From positions 8,989 through 72,988 of the IMG/VR virus record IMGVR_UViG_3300003690_000090: DNA of 64,000 bases. The stretch is one strand, 5' to 3'. The notes beneath the pieces are model-generated. The model worked only from the letters and a program-made list of their open reading frames with translations, did not search any database and had not been told where the DNA came from. Origin of the DNA: a virus. Both the position numbers and the translations under genes were made by a program. Below, one piece after another: positions 19,002 to 28,064 of this stretch (positions are counted from its first letter, which is position 1; every line of letters begins with the position of its first letter).

Positions 19002-20235
19002 TGGATGCCCCATTGATGGCATTGATGCGCAACACGCAGGAGTTACAGGTTCCGCATGGTTCGCCTGATTTTGCATTTGCAGAGTAGCAACTCCAAGTAG
19101 TTTCCAAATCAATGCCCAGACCGATGGCTCGGGCGATCACCTCTGGCTTCCGAAGTTCTATTAGCGGGGCGACTATGCGAACGCCTGTGTCCTGCTCAAC
19201 AAGCCTGCAGATATCAGAGACGAAGCCTGGCCTGCAGTCCGGGTAGTCCTCCCAGTCGTCTCTGGTCGGGCCATACCAAACCTCTTGAATGCCTTTGGCG
19301 GCGGCATAGTTGACTGCCAGCGAAAGCATGATCAGGTTCCGGCCTGGGATCATCCTTGAACCAGGCTCGCCGGATGACGCCTTCATGGGCTCCATCCCGC
19401 GAATCGTTGGCATCAATCGCAACATCTCGACATCGTGTTTGCGAGCCCATTCTGCTGCAACTCGAAACTCATCGGGTCCGGATGGTTGCATGTAGGAGAA
19501 GTGGAGCAGTGAATGCAGCACTCCCCCCTGGTGCGCCATGGTTGCTAGGACGGTGGAATCCACTCCACCGCTGAACAGAACTGCGACTGACTTCATATGA
19601 TTTCCCATAGGGGTAGTTGGTTTTTGGCATTGGTGAGTAGGGGAATGCTGACTGCAAACCTGCTTGCGCTTGTGCCATCAAACGAATCCGCACCAGCGAA
19701 CTGGCATAGGCGTATTCTCCTGGCGGTGTTCACTCGCCCCACATGGAAATAAGCGCCGGTCTCCCGTGCCAGCTGCCCCCATTGCCGCATCGTATCCAAC
19801 TTCCAGTCTGTTGTGCCGCCCAAGAAAATGCCGATTTCATCGCACAACAGGGAACGGATATCGCCTGGTGTCATGCCATCCTGAACGGCTATGAGTTGCC
19901 TGTGTCCCACGCCGCGCAGCCTGGGCAGCCACTCTTCTGAAAAGCGTAGCGACTCGTGCCCCCCCCAACGATGTCGGGCACGACGATGAACTCGGCGTTG
20001 TCGCCAAGAGATTCGACGACGGCCTCAAAGGCCGGGACATCGAATGGAAGGCCTTTCTGGTAGGCGGTCCAAGCTCCATTGTCTATTGCGTATGGAAAGC
20101 CTTCATGTCGGTGCTTACCTGTGGCGGACACCAATATGTGCCATCCAGATTTGCGCAGGGCATCAAGGTTTCGACGTGTTCCTGTTCGGCTTGCATAGGG
20201 AATCATCGTCCTGGTTGCAGCCCAGGTGTCAGCCA
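18983..20235. repeat. 18-bp direct repeat CAGCCCAGGTGTCAGCCA (18983-19000 and 20218-20235) flanking queC + dpdA-like
   Basis: Exact match read from the sequence; both copies encode (M)ADTWA on the - strand. Confidence 0.9.
18994..19596 (-). CDS. queC: 7-cyano-7-deazaguanine synthase QueC-like
   Basis: SGGVDS, PGRN, YPDCRP, TWSCY, CGTCNSC..R motifs. Confidence 0.9.
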   Translation of the reverse strand: MKSVAVLFSGGVDSTVLATMAHQGGVLHSLLHFSYMQPSGPDEFRVAAEWARKHDVEMLRLMPTIRGMEPMKASSGEPGSRMIPGRNLIMLSLAVNYAAAKGIQEVWYGPTRDDWEDYPDCRPGFVSDICRLVEQDTGVRIVAPLIELRKPEVIARAIGLGIDLETTWSCYSANAKSGEPCGTCNSCVLRINAINGASNG

Positions 20236-20236
20236 C
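19593..20236 (-). pseudogene. TGT/DpdA-like deazaguanine transglycosylase split by a 1-nt frameshift in a G8 run (possibly an assembly error)
   Basis: DNGA..VPDIV in the 5' half; AVQDG..IFLGG..HVGRVN..DSFDGT in the 3' half; one extra G in the run at 19959-19966 gives VGGGHESLRFSEEWLPRL, joining both halves. Confidence 0.7.
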
Positions 20237-20408
20237 GCGCTGCTACCTCGAGCATCGTGCGGATGCATCCCATACAGATCTTTGCGCGAACCTTTGGCCT
20301 GGCATCCCAGTTGTGAAACACGATGAGTTCATCGAACCGGCCTCGACAGATGAGGCATCTGCGCCTGTGGCTAAGTCCGTATGTGTTGTGTTCTGGGGCT
20401 TTTGGCAT
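20229..20408 (-). CDS. Small CxxC-CxxC Zn-finger protein, 59 aa (below the ORF-track cutoff)
   Basis: MPKAPEHNTYGLSHRRRCLICRG...ICMGCIRTMLEVAARG. Confidence 0.5.
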   Translation of the reverse strand: MPKAPEHNTYGLSHRRRCLICRGRFDELIVFHNWDARPKVRAKICMGCIRTMLEVAARG

Positions 20409-20480
20409 CGTTGCCTCATGTCCAGGGGTCGATCAGCATCGTTACTGCGATCCAAAAGATGATTAGAATTATGACGGCCT

Positions 20481-20879
20481 TCATGCTTCCCCCACCGTTG
20501 ATGCCCTGTCTGCCAGCGAGCGTTGGTAGTCGATGGCTTCCTCGGCTTCCCGTTCCCTCTCTACGCGGATCTCCTCCCGAAGCCTGGCGACCAGGTGGTC
20601 CTCCCACTCACACCGGATGACGGACAACTGCTCGGTCACCCTGGGCTCACGGGGATCTCCGTGGTGCTCGAGGCAGTAGTGCAGGAAGTCCTCGGCCATT
20701 TCGTCTGGCTCCTCGGGAATCTCAATCCCGTGGTACTTCCGCCACAGTTCCTGGTAGGCATCGTTGTCACTGATCTCCCTGAACGCATCACGAATGCCTG
20801 GCCCGAATGCCACGCAGTTCGTGTTGCAGTAGAACACCGCAATGCCTTTTCGCTTGTCGTATAGAATGTCAATCGCCAT
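20481..20879 (-). CDS. Hypothetical protein, 132 aa
   Basis: GAGG RBS; operon-packed. Confidence 0.65.
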   Translation of the reverse strand: MAIDILYDKRKGIAVFYCNTNCVAFGPGIRDAFREISDNDAYQELWRKYHGIEIPEEPDEMAEDFLHYCLEHHGDPREPRVTEQLSVIRCEWEDHLVARLREEIRVEREREAEEAIDYQRSLADRASTVGEA

Positions 20880-20882
20880 GTC

Positions 20883-22268
20883 TCAAACCTCGCATCCGAG
20901 CTCTCGGTAGAGCTTCATTCGTTTCTTGGAGAGCGCGAAGAACGCGCCAGATCTGTCAATGCAATCCACTACCAGTGGGGTCTGCTTGTTCTCGGCCACG
21001 CGCATGATGCGACCGATGCGTTGCTGCACACGACCCATCGCCTTGGTTGGCGAGGTCAGCACCACGGTGTCCAGGCCGGGAAGGTCAAGCCCCTCGTCGG
21101 CAACCGTGGTGGCGAAGATGGCACGAAGTTCGCCGGAGTCAGCGGCCTCGAGCACGGCTGCCCGCTTCTTCTTTGACATCGTGCCGACCAGTGCCGCAGA
21201 GCTGTAGCCCAACTCTGCCAGTACCTCGGCCATGTCAATGCAGTGCTGCACCCTGTCGGACAGCACGAGCACCTGGCGACCAGCATTCAACAGCTCACAG
21301 ATCTTGTTGATGATCTTGTCGTTGCGGTCCTCGTCCTTGCACATCTTGTTGATCAGCACAGGCCAGTCCACTCGTGTCTTCGGCGGTTCCCACCCGGTGA
21401 ACAGTTGCTCGACCCTGGGTGCCATGACTCGCCCTGCCGCTACCAGGTTCTTGGTGCTGATTTCCTTGAGCACGTCACCGAAGTGCCAGTACAGCAGGTC
21501 AGTCAGTCCGTCGTTGCGTTCCGGCGTTGCCGTCAGTCCCAGCCGGTAGGTCGCGGGGATGGCCATCAGCACACGAGAGAAGGTGTGCGCCGGCACATGG
21601 TGTGCCTCGTCGAGGATGCACAGCCCGAAGGCGTTCTCCTGGCTGGATGCCCAGCGGTACAGATCGTCCCAGCGTCTGCGAATCAAGCTCTGGATGGTGG
21701 CCACGACCACGCGTCCCGTGTCGTCGTTGTCCCCCCCGCCGATGACGGTAGCCTCAATGCCCAGTTGCTCGCGGCACCGGGCGACCCATTGCATGGCGAG
21801 GTCAAGGGTGTGTACCAGCACAAGCGCCCGAGTCGGCAGCGCAGCTATGGCACCGATACCGATGGTGGTCTTGCCCGCACCACAGGGTGCCACTACCAGG
21901 CCACTGCCTTTCTTCAGGAGCTCCTTCACGGCCTGCTGTTGGTAGTCACGAAGGGTGATGTGTTCGGCTATGTGTACGTCGTCGGCCTCACCGCACACCG
22001 TGTGTCTAATGATGTTCAGGTCCAGGTCATCGTGGTTCACGGCTCTCGGAACCATCAGCCCACCGTACCAGGGATGCCACATCGGAAACTCCTGTGGTCC
22101 GTAGACCCAGCGTTCCGGCATGGGCACTCGCTTGCCCTGGCTGCGGAGTCGCATGGCTTGCTGCCACTCGGGACTCTCGAGCCTGTACTTGTCCTTGAGT
22201 TGGTTGAGGTATGGCGAGTCAGGTGGCAGGTACAAGCCGCCGGCAAGCACTGCGCGTAGGTCGGTCAC
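20883..22268 (-). CDS. Superfamily 2 helicase (XPB/UvsW-like)
   Basis: LRDYQ, APCGAGKT, DEAHH, TATP.R.DG, EGLD.P, Q.IGRI.R motifs. Confidence 0.93.
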   Translation of the reverse strand: MTDLRAVLAGGLYLPPDSPYLNQLKDKYRLESPEWQQAMRLRSQGKRVPMPERWVYGPQEFPMWHPWYGGLMVPRAVNHDDLDLNIIRHTVCGEADDVHIAEHITLRDYQQQAVKELLKKGSGLVVAPCGAGKTTIGIGAIAALPTRALVLVHTLDLAMQWVARCREQLGIEATVIGGGDNDDTGRVVVATIQSLIRRRWDDLYRWASSQENAFGLCILDEAHHVPAHTFSRVLMAIPATYRLGLTATPERNDGLTDLLYWHFGDVLKEISTKNLVAAGRVMAPRVEQLFTGWEPPKTRVDWPVLINKMCKDEDRNDKIINKICELLNAGRQVLVLSDRVQHCIDMAEVLAELGYSSAALVGTMSKKKRAAVLEAADSGELRAIFATTVADEGLDLPGLDTVVLTSPTKAMGRVQQRIGRIMRVAENKQTPLVVDCIDRSGAFFALSKKRMKLYRELGCEV

Positions 22269-22504
22269 TTCGCACCCACTTCTGGTGTGAGTTCGTCGAT
22301 ACGCCTAAGCGCATCCCGCAGCAAATCATCCTGTTGGTTGTCCTGCTTTGCGATGATTCCATTGAGCTCGTCGATCTGCTTGAGGGCCTGGGCCAACGCC
22401 TTTCCCTTGCGCCTATTCCAGGTGTTGAGGTGCTCGATCTTCTTCTGCATGTCGTTGTAGACAGCAACCGGGATGACGATGTCAGTGGGTTTGATTCCGC
22501 TCAT
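22265..22504 (-). CDS. Small coiled-coil protein
   Basis: 79 aa, with overlapping start/stop codons. Confidence 0.55.
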   Translation of the reverse strand: MSGIKPTDIVIPVAVYNDMQKKIEHLNTWNRRKGKALAQALKQIDELNGIIAKQDNQQDDLLRDALRRIDELTPEVGAK

Positions 22505-22883
22505 GAGGCACCGCCATCAGAGCCCGTGCCCAGTGCGATGGAGACCTGTGCCTTCAGGATCTCTTTGATGGCTTCCGCCTTGGCCCCGACCCGCAACGTC
22601 TTGGCGATGTCTCGGATCTTGCTCACGGTGTTGGTTTCCGCGCCAAGCACCCGCATCAAGATTGCCGCGTCATTGAGGACCCCCGCAGGCGCAGCCGTGC
22701 GTTGGCCTCGGTGTGCCCTGCCGCGCAGAAGTGGTGCGGGTACGTGCCCTCTTTGACCACGACCAACAGCTCTGCCAGGTACACCCCTTCGTCTTCTTTG
22801 ACCGTCACGACGTCCAGGCGGGACAGAAGGTCTTCATCGATTTCGATGGCCGGGATGGTGTTGCTTAGTTCGTTGCGGTTCAT
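22501..22883 (-). CDS. Hypothetical protein (~127 aa), apparently split by a 1-nt frameshift at a G5 run
   Basis: One extra G at 22680-22684 joins ...EANARLRLRG to VLNDAAILMRVLG...GGAS, ending in an ATGA overlap. Confidence 0.5.
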
Positions 22884-22918
22884 GAGTTGTCCTCGTGTTG
22901 TTTGTTGTTGTCCTATAG

Positions 22919-22947
22919 TAAATAGTCGAACCTGATAACGGTGTCAA
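22919..22947 (-). promoter_or_regulatory. sigma70-like promoter with CGTTATCAG element
   Basis: TTGACA-ccgttatcaggttcgac(17)-TATTTA, followed by a GACAACAAACAACAACACGAGGA-type A/C-rich leader. Confidence 0.7.
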
Positions 22948-23045
22948 GCAAGATTACACTACCCACCGAAGCACACCCCACCAGCCAGGCCAGCATGCTG
23001 CCTGCCATCGCGCATTCCACCAAGTCAAAGTCGTATCTGTACATG

Positions 23046-23711
23046 TCATTCCTCCGCGCCGAATGGATTCTCGGCCACGGCTTGTATCTCTTTGGATGCC
23101 TCCCGGTACCACCTGGTCGCACGCACCCCACCGCGCATGTTCCGCTTGGGATACCAGCCGAGATCGCGCAGCGCAGTAGCCACCAGCATCTCCTTCTGCT
23201 TGAGCGAGTTCACGGCCTGGACAACAGGGTAGTCGCCGACCTCGAGCAGCACATCCCCAACCGTCATGCCAGGAGTTGCCCGGTCCAAGTAGTCATCCAC
23301 CGCAGCCGTCAGCCCAGCATCCGGAGTCGCATGGGGCTCGCGCTTTGCCTTGTGCTTGCCAGTGCGCTTCTCGGCTCCCGTCAGCATGCCCAGCCGAATG
23401 ATGTCCGGGTGCGCGTTGACCCCATGCTTGTCGTATAGATACAAAACCATCCTCGCCAGGCCAACCTCGGTCATCTCCCGACCCTGCCAATACAGACGAG
23501 CTTGGCCCGCGCTGGTTACTTGGTACGACAACCGACCCGCGAACACTGGGTCTGTCAACACCGCGTTGGATACGTCCCGAATCGTGCTTTTCTCAGTCAA
23601 AACCACCTCCTTAGGGGGTAGCCATACCTGCTTGTGCCCGACCTGTCTACCTTTTGCCACACCTTTGCGTTTTTGGCAGGAATCTGGGGAGGTATGGTAA
23701 ATCCCACCCAA
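23046..23711 (-). CDS. ATPase-less VapE paralogue (VapE N-terminal domain + winged helix); true start uncertain
   Basis: EMLVATALRDLGWYPKRNMRGGVRATRW aligns with VapE EMRVGTIMRSLGYERVRKMHKGTRTYLW; no Walker motifs. Confidence 0.65.
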   Translation of the reverse strand: MGGIYHTSPDSCQKRKGVAKGRQVGHKQVWLPPKEVVLTEKSTIRDVSNAVLTDPVFAGRLSYQVTSAGQARLYWQGREMTEVGLARMVLYLYDKHGVNAHPDIIRLGMLTGAEKRTGKHKAKREPHATPDAGLTAAVDDYLDRATPGMTVGDVLLEVGDYPVVQAVNSLKQKEMLVATALRDLGWYPKRNMRGGVRATRWYREASKEIQAVAENPFGAEE

Positions 23712-23719
23712 AACCGAGG

Positions 23720-24075
23720 TAGTTTGCCCCTCAGTGTGCTACGTGGCCCCGTAGTAGTGGGCAAAAGTGGCTCAACGGGGGGCAGTTGTAAGTCCACGCA
23801 TTCCCTGGTGTTTTCTGCTATTGTCCCTCCTGCCCTACCTTATTCCCTAAAACAAAGATTACAGAAAGGGGGTAGAGGGGAGAGGGTAGGGAAGAGAGGA
23901 AGAAAAGTAGAACAGATATCCCTTAAAGGGAATCCGCTGGGCCAGGTAGGGCAAACCGGGTTTTAGGTGGGATAAGTACCCGAGATTGTTAGCGAAAACG
24001 CTTGCCCTACCTCGGAAATGGAGGTGGGGCAAATCTGAAAAGCAGAGGGGCAGGCCAAAAGGTGGGGCAAATCCT
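23720..24075. other. Putative replication origin with AGGTRGGGCA(AA) iterons in both orientations around a purine-skewed tract
   Basis: Copies at 23831(-), 23944(+), 24002(-), 24022(+), 24060(+); GGGCAAA partials at 23723 and 23759; non-coding. Confidence 0.55.
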
Positions 24076-24082
24076 GCCTAAA

Positions 24083-24574
24083 TCACTCCTCGGGCTGAGC
24101 TGTGTCAAGAGGTTTAGAACCAGGTGTGAACGGCTTGGGACCGTACTCAATACCGTCGCCAAGATACGGCTCTATGACTCCGTCTGGTCGAAGAAGGATG
24201 TACACAACCACACCGTCGTGATGACTCCAGTGAGCTGTCAGACGGCATGCCCAATGACGTATGGTCTCGATGCGGTAACGGCCTCGAGCTCGATGACCCA
24301 CCAGGCTGTAAGCAATGCGACTCTCGTGCTCACCAATCACCGACGAGAAAGATGGCAAACCACCCGGGCGTCCAGCTGCTTCCTCGCGCTCAATGAACAT
24401 CATGTACAAACGAAACAAACACGCCTGCAGTTCGTCTGCCCAGTCAATACCCAGAAGGTGATGCTCAACTGCTCGGTAGAAGGAGGAGAGCTTGGCGTCA
24501 GATAAAACGTCGTCGGCCGCTACAATGGGCAACGCCCGGAGGAGCTCCAACGATGGCTTCGCTCGCTTGACCAT
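24083..24574 (-). CDS. Hypothetical protein, 163 aa
   Basis: ATG lies just downstream of a TAGAAT -10-like box (possibly leaderless). Confidence 0.55.
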   Translation of the reverse strand: MVKRAKPSLELLRALPIVAADDVLSDAKLSSFYRAVEHHLLGIDWADELQACLFRLYMMFIEREEAAGRPGGLPSFSSVIGEHESRIAYSLVGHRARGRYRIETIRHWACRLTAHWSHHDGVVVYILLRPDGVIEPYLGDGIEYGPKPFTPGSKPLDTAQPEE

Positions 24575-24956
24575 GGTGATATTCTAAGGCCATGGCGGTA
24601 AGATTTTCCACTCTGGCACCTCAACTTTATGACCCTTGGGTGAAGGGTATGGTTAGGGGGAGTGGAGACGGGGGCCTCGCAGCCTGTGGAAATGTACCCC
24701 ACCTGGCAGTGAGTAGGTGCGTGGCCGGCATGAGGCGTAAAATCAGTGATTCCAACCAGTTACGGCGCAATTATGCCCTCGCCGGAGGCCTCAACCACGC
24801 GATTCAGCATGGCCCCGTGGAGATACCCCGTGTTCAAATTTTGCGCACGCACCGACGAGGCCGGAAAAGGAGGTAGCCGCTGACGCCTGGCCCCGCGTGT
24901 CCCCCAATGGTGTGTGCCTGGTCCGGTATCAGCTCGGCCACGCCCCACATGGGATG

Positions 24957-25303
24957 GAGTTCTACCCGGGCCGCGCCATGTACGGAATCCGAATCTCGTT
25001 CGGACTCACCACGAATCTCGTTCGGATTTTGCGGGCGCCGCAAGTGCTACCTGGTGCACCCCCACTGCTACCCGGTCCGAGATCGGGGAGGGGGGAGGGC
25101 TACCTGGCCTGCGCCCTGGGCCTTTGTTGAAGTGCTACCTGGCCCGCTGCGCCAAGTGCTACCCGGCGCGGAATCAAAGGGGCAGCTCCTGTGTGTGCCA
25201 GGCCCGGAAGTCTTTCGACCAGGCGGTGGAGCCGCCAATCTCGTAGAGCTCAACCAGCTGGCGCCACCCACGGGCTTCCGCCCAGGCTCGAGCAGTACCT
25301 GGC
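24957..25303 (+). repeat. GCTACCYGG motif cluster 1 (~7 copies) plus 15-bp direct repeat CGAATCTCGTTCGGA
   Basis: Copies near 24960, 25045, 25067, 25099, 25134, 25158, 25295; direct repeat at 24990 and 25012. Confidence 0.85.
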
Positions 25304-25349
25304 GGGCAGAACGATGCCGCCCATACCAGGTACATGCTTGTCAGGTCCA

Positions 25350-25670
25350 CTACTTGGCCTCCGGCTTGTGGAACTCAGTGAGCGCATCGCCAAGCGCCTG
25401 GCGCAACACTCGCTTGCATGGAGCGGGGACCAACTCATCGTCGTCGTCCCACATCTCGAGGTACGGAGACTCCGGGAAGTCGTCCTCGCTGCCGACGCAG
25501 ATGTCGTCGGTGATGACGGAGACGGCGTACTGTTCTTGGTTGAGTGGAGGGGGGTCACCCTCTACCCACCAATCTAAGCCGCCAATCTGCGCCTCGCACT
25601 TGAGCCCCATGTCGTGGGCGTTGTCGCATGCTGCGTTCAGGCCGTTGAGAATGAATTCGCTGGGGGTCAT
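25350..25670 (-). CDS. Small acidic early-type protein
   Basis: GGAGGTGA-n-ATGA coupled junction; 106 aa. Confidence 0.65.
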   Translation of the reverse strand: MTPSEFILNGLNAACDNAHDMGLKCEAQIGGLDWWVEGDPPPLNQEQYAVSVITDDICVGSEDDFPESPYLEMWDDDDELVPAPCKRVLRQALGDALTEFHKPEAK

Positions 25671-26092
25671 GACTTCACCTCCGGCACAGCCTTGGCCTTG
25701 GCGATCACTGCAAGCCCGCGTTCTCTAAGTTCTGCAACTCGCTTCGCAAAGGCCTCCCGGTCCTTGTATCTTGGACCGCGCCCCATCCAACCCAGTTCCG
25801 TTGTCACTTCCTTGACGAAGGACATCACCCCCGGCCAGCAGTCGTCGTGTTGTCGGTCGCGCTCATCGTCGTAGACTGGCTTCTCGCAGTCGGCGCAGCG
25901 GACCTCTGGGACCTCTGGCATCCGCACCCAGCACAGCACCCATCGCTCGTCGACCTCGAGGCCCAAACTCATCACGGAGATCCCGTCCGGCGGTAGCGGC
26001 AGTCCCTCGTCTGCCCCGGTCATGACGTGAACAACCAGGCCGTCGGTGTTCTCGATGTGCTTCATCTCATGCAACTTGATTGTGTCGCTCAT
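25667..26092 (-). CDS. Small early-type protein
   Basis: 141 aa; ATGA overlaps at both ends. Confidence 0.65.
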   Translation of the reverse strand: MSDTIKLHEMKHIENTDGLVVHVMTGADEGLPLPPDGISVMSLGLEVDERWVLCWVRMPEVPEVRCADCEKPVYDDERDRQHDDCWPGVMSFVKEVTTELGWMGRGPRYKDREAFAKRVAELRERGLAVIAKAKAVPEVKS

Positions 26093-26334
26093 GACGCACC
26101 CCCACCACCGTGCTTGAGGGTTTCCAGTTCGTTCTCAAACCTGTCGTAGAGTCGACAGGCTGTGTCGAGGTGGGTTTGCATGACCTCTTGGACCTCCTTG
26201 TCGATGTCGTCCTCGGGGTCACCGAACATGGTGATGTTGTCCTCCGCTTTCTGGATGTAGTCCTCGAGCATGAAGAGGACGTCTGCGACCTCGTCCGGGA
26301 CAAAGAACACCATGATTTCTTGGTGAGCCATCAT
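26089..26334 (-). CDS. Small acidic early-type protein
   Basis: MMAHQEIMVFF...; GGAGGTG RBS with ATGA overlap. Confidence 0.6.
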   Translation of the reverse strand: MMAHQEIMVFFVPDEVADVLFMLEDYIQKAEDNITMFGDPEDDIDKEVQEVMQTHLDTACRLYDRFENELETLKHGGGGAS

Positions 26335-27062
26335 GCACCTCCCTTCGACAGCCATTCGTTGATTTTCCAGGCACCATCCTCGTCGACGCCGTACTCCTCG
26401 AGGAGGTCTTCGCACAGTTTCTCCTCGAGGTTGAAGACGGCGTTGGCGTGTGCATCGCCAGCATAGTTGTCGACAACCAGAAGGGCGACCTGCACCGGCA
26501 CCGTCATGGTCACGAACGCGCCATCCTCGATGAGGGCTTTCCACTTCGCCTTGGTGGCGTCATCCGGGTGCAGCGGGTTGCTGGTGTCGTCCTCCGGATC
26601 CTCTGCGTCACACTCCTCGGCAAACGCACGGCGCTCGTCCTCAAGTTGCTGGTCGGTGCTGGTGTCGTCCTCCGGAAGAAGCATGTTGATGTGCTCGGGG
26701 TCACAGGGTGGCCTGCCAAGGTAGCCATTGATGGCAGCATCGCACTCATCCTTGGCGGTGGCGTCATCAATCTCGCCCTCGTCCCATCGACCGTGCGCAC
26801 GGTCAATCGACACCCACAGGTCATCGATGGCACCCACGCGCCCCTTGCCGTCGACGAGTGCTTCGATCATCCCAAGCAACCGAGTCGCATCGCCGGGGCG
26901 GGGGCCTGGGTCGTCGCAGTCCGTGGCCGTGAAAAAGTAGTTGTCGTCCAACTCCGTGCGGTGTCGTGCGACCTCCTCTGCAAGGACAACGATGTCCCTG
27001 AGTGCCGGCATGTCGCCCTCTCCGAACTGTCCGTACTGTTGAAGTTTCTTACTGAGTTCCAT
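26331..27062 (-). CDS. Acidic early-type protein, 243 aa
   Basis: AGGAGG RBS after a promoter; very D/E-rich. Confidence 0.65.
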   Translation of the reverse strand: MELSKKLQQYGQFGEGDMPALRDIVVLAEEVARHRTELDDNYFFTATDCDDPGPRPGDATRLLGMIEALVDGKGRVGAIDDLWVSIDRAHGRWDEGEIDDATAKDECDAAINGYLGRPPCDPEHINMLLPEDDTSTDQQLEDERRAFAEECDAEDPEDDTSNPLHPDDATKAKWKALIEDGAFVTMTVPVQVALLVVDNYAGDAHANAVFNLEEKLCEDLLEEYGVDEDGAWKINEWLSKGGA

Positions 27063-27092
27063 GACATCCTCCTGTGTTGTGGTGTCACAGGT

Positions 27093-27121
27093 AACGTAAC
27101 CTACCATGACAACACCCGCAA
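27093..27121 (-). promoter_or_regulatory. Early-type promoter
   Basis: TTGCGG-17-TACGTT; block GTTGTCATGG...GGTTACGTTACCTGTGACACCAC is shared with the 29.5 kb promoter. Confidence 0.6.
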
Positions 27122-27165
27122 AAGAAAGATGGGGTCAGGGGGGACACCACGACCTCCCTGACCCC
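27120..27165 (-). terminator. Intrinsic terminator
   Basis: 10-bp stem GGGGTCAGGG/CCCTGACCCC followed by a U-rich tail on the - strand. Confidence 0.65.
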
Positions 27166-27250
27166 TGGACTCGAGCAGGTCACTACCAACCTGAAGCCCA
27201 ACAGTAATCCTATTGCGTGCCCCAGCCGTGGTCAAGGGTGACACCGCAGC

Positions 27251-27344
27251 TCGTACCTGGCAGAAGCGCTACCTGGCCCGCCCCCGCCTGGGCACGGTCG
27301 AGTGCTACCTGGCCCGCGACCACCAGGCCGAGAGCTACCCGGTC
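27251..27344 (+). repeat. GCTACCYGG motif cluster 2 (4 copies)
   Basis: Copies near 27253, 27268, 27304, 27334. Confidence 0.85.
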
Positions 27345-27540
27345 TGTGAGCTGTGCTTCAGGCCCGCCACCAGCTGGATGGAGCCGGAACTCTAAGCTCG
27401 TGGGCGGACGACCAGGCCAGTGTTGATGGATGAAAGAAGTCCGGCACGAACCCGCCCAACCACCCTCCACTTTGTTTAGGCCTGGACGCCCACAAGAGCC
27501 GGAGACTGGGCAGAACCCAGCCCCCGGGTTTGACCTGGTA

Positions 27541-27900
27541 CTACACACCACTGAAGCCTTTGCGCTTGGCGAGGCCCCATGCCTTGTTGATCAGGTCAAG
27601 GGTCACATCGGGATGGATGGATCCGAGAGGCCGGTCTTCGTCCTCGTCGTCTACCAGTTCAGGTTCGGCACCCGTCAGGTTCTCCCAAGCATTGCATATG
27701 GCTTGGTTCGAGTCGCAGTGATCTCCAGTGGCGCAGTACTTGTCGCCATGCCCTTGTTCCAAGAAGGCGAGGTTCTGCTTGTCAATGAGCAGGAGGGTCT
27801 CGGGTTCATTCGTGAACCACGCCTGCATGACGCTGCGGAACTCTTCCGCCAGCGCCTCTGGTGTCGGGGGAAGAGGGTCAGTAGAGAGTCGGTCGGTCAT
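27541..27900 (-). CDS. Small early-type protein
   Basis: 119 aa; starts in a GGAGGTGACGTCATGA junction. Confidence 0.65.
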   Translation of the reverse strand: MTDRLSTDPLPPTPEALAEEFRSVMQAWFTNEPETLLLIDKQNLAFLEQGHGDKYCATGDHCDSNQAICNAWENLTGAEPELVDDEDEDRPLGSIHPDVTLDLINKAWGLAKRKGFSGV

Positions 27901-28064
27901 GACGTCACCTCCTCTTCATGCCCAGCGCTGCACTTCGGGCACGCCTCCGCGTGGCACTTCTTGCACAGCATCGTGTCGTCGTCGTCGCCAATCCACTCGG
28001 CAGACCAGATGCTCACGACCTCGCCGCATCGGTTGCAGGGATCCCATTCTTCTGGAAACGTCAT
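27897..28064 (-). CDS. Small Cys-rich (Zn-finger) protein
   Basis: CNRC, CKKC, CPKC; ends EVTS. Confidence 0.6.
   Translation of the reverse strand: MTFPEEWDPCNRCGEVVSIWSAEWIGDDDDTMLCKKCHAEACPKCSAGHEEEVTS

Noticed and set aside
24907-25728. ORFs running through the repeat clusters (KCYLA/KRYPDR peptides)
   Set aside because: The peptide repeats just translate the DNA motif in stop-poor sequence; the frame is not preserved between copies and there is no RBS
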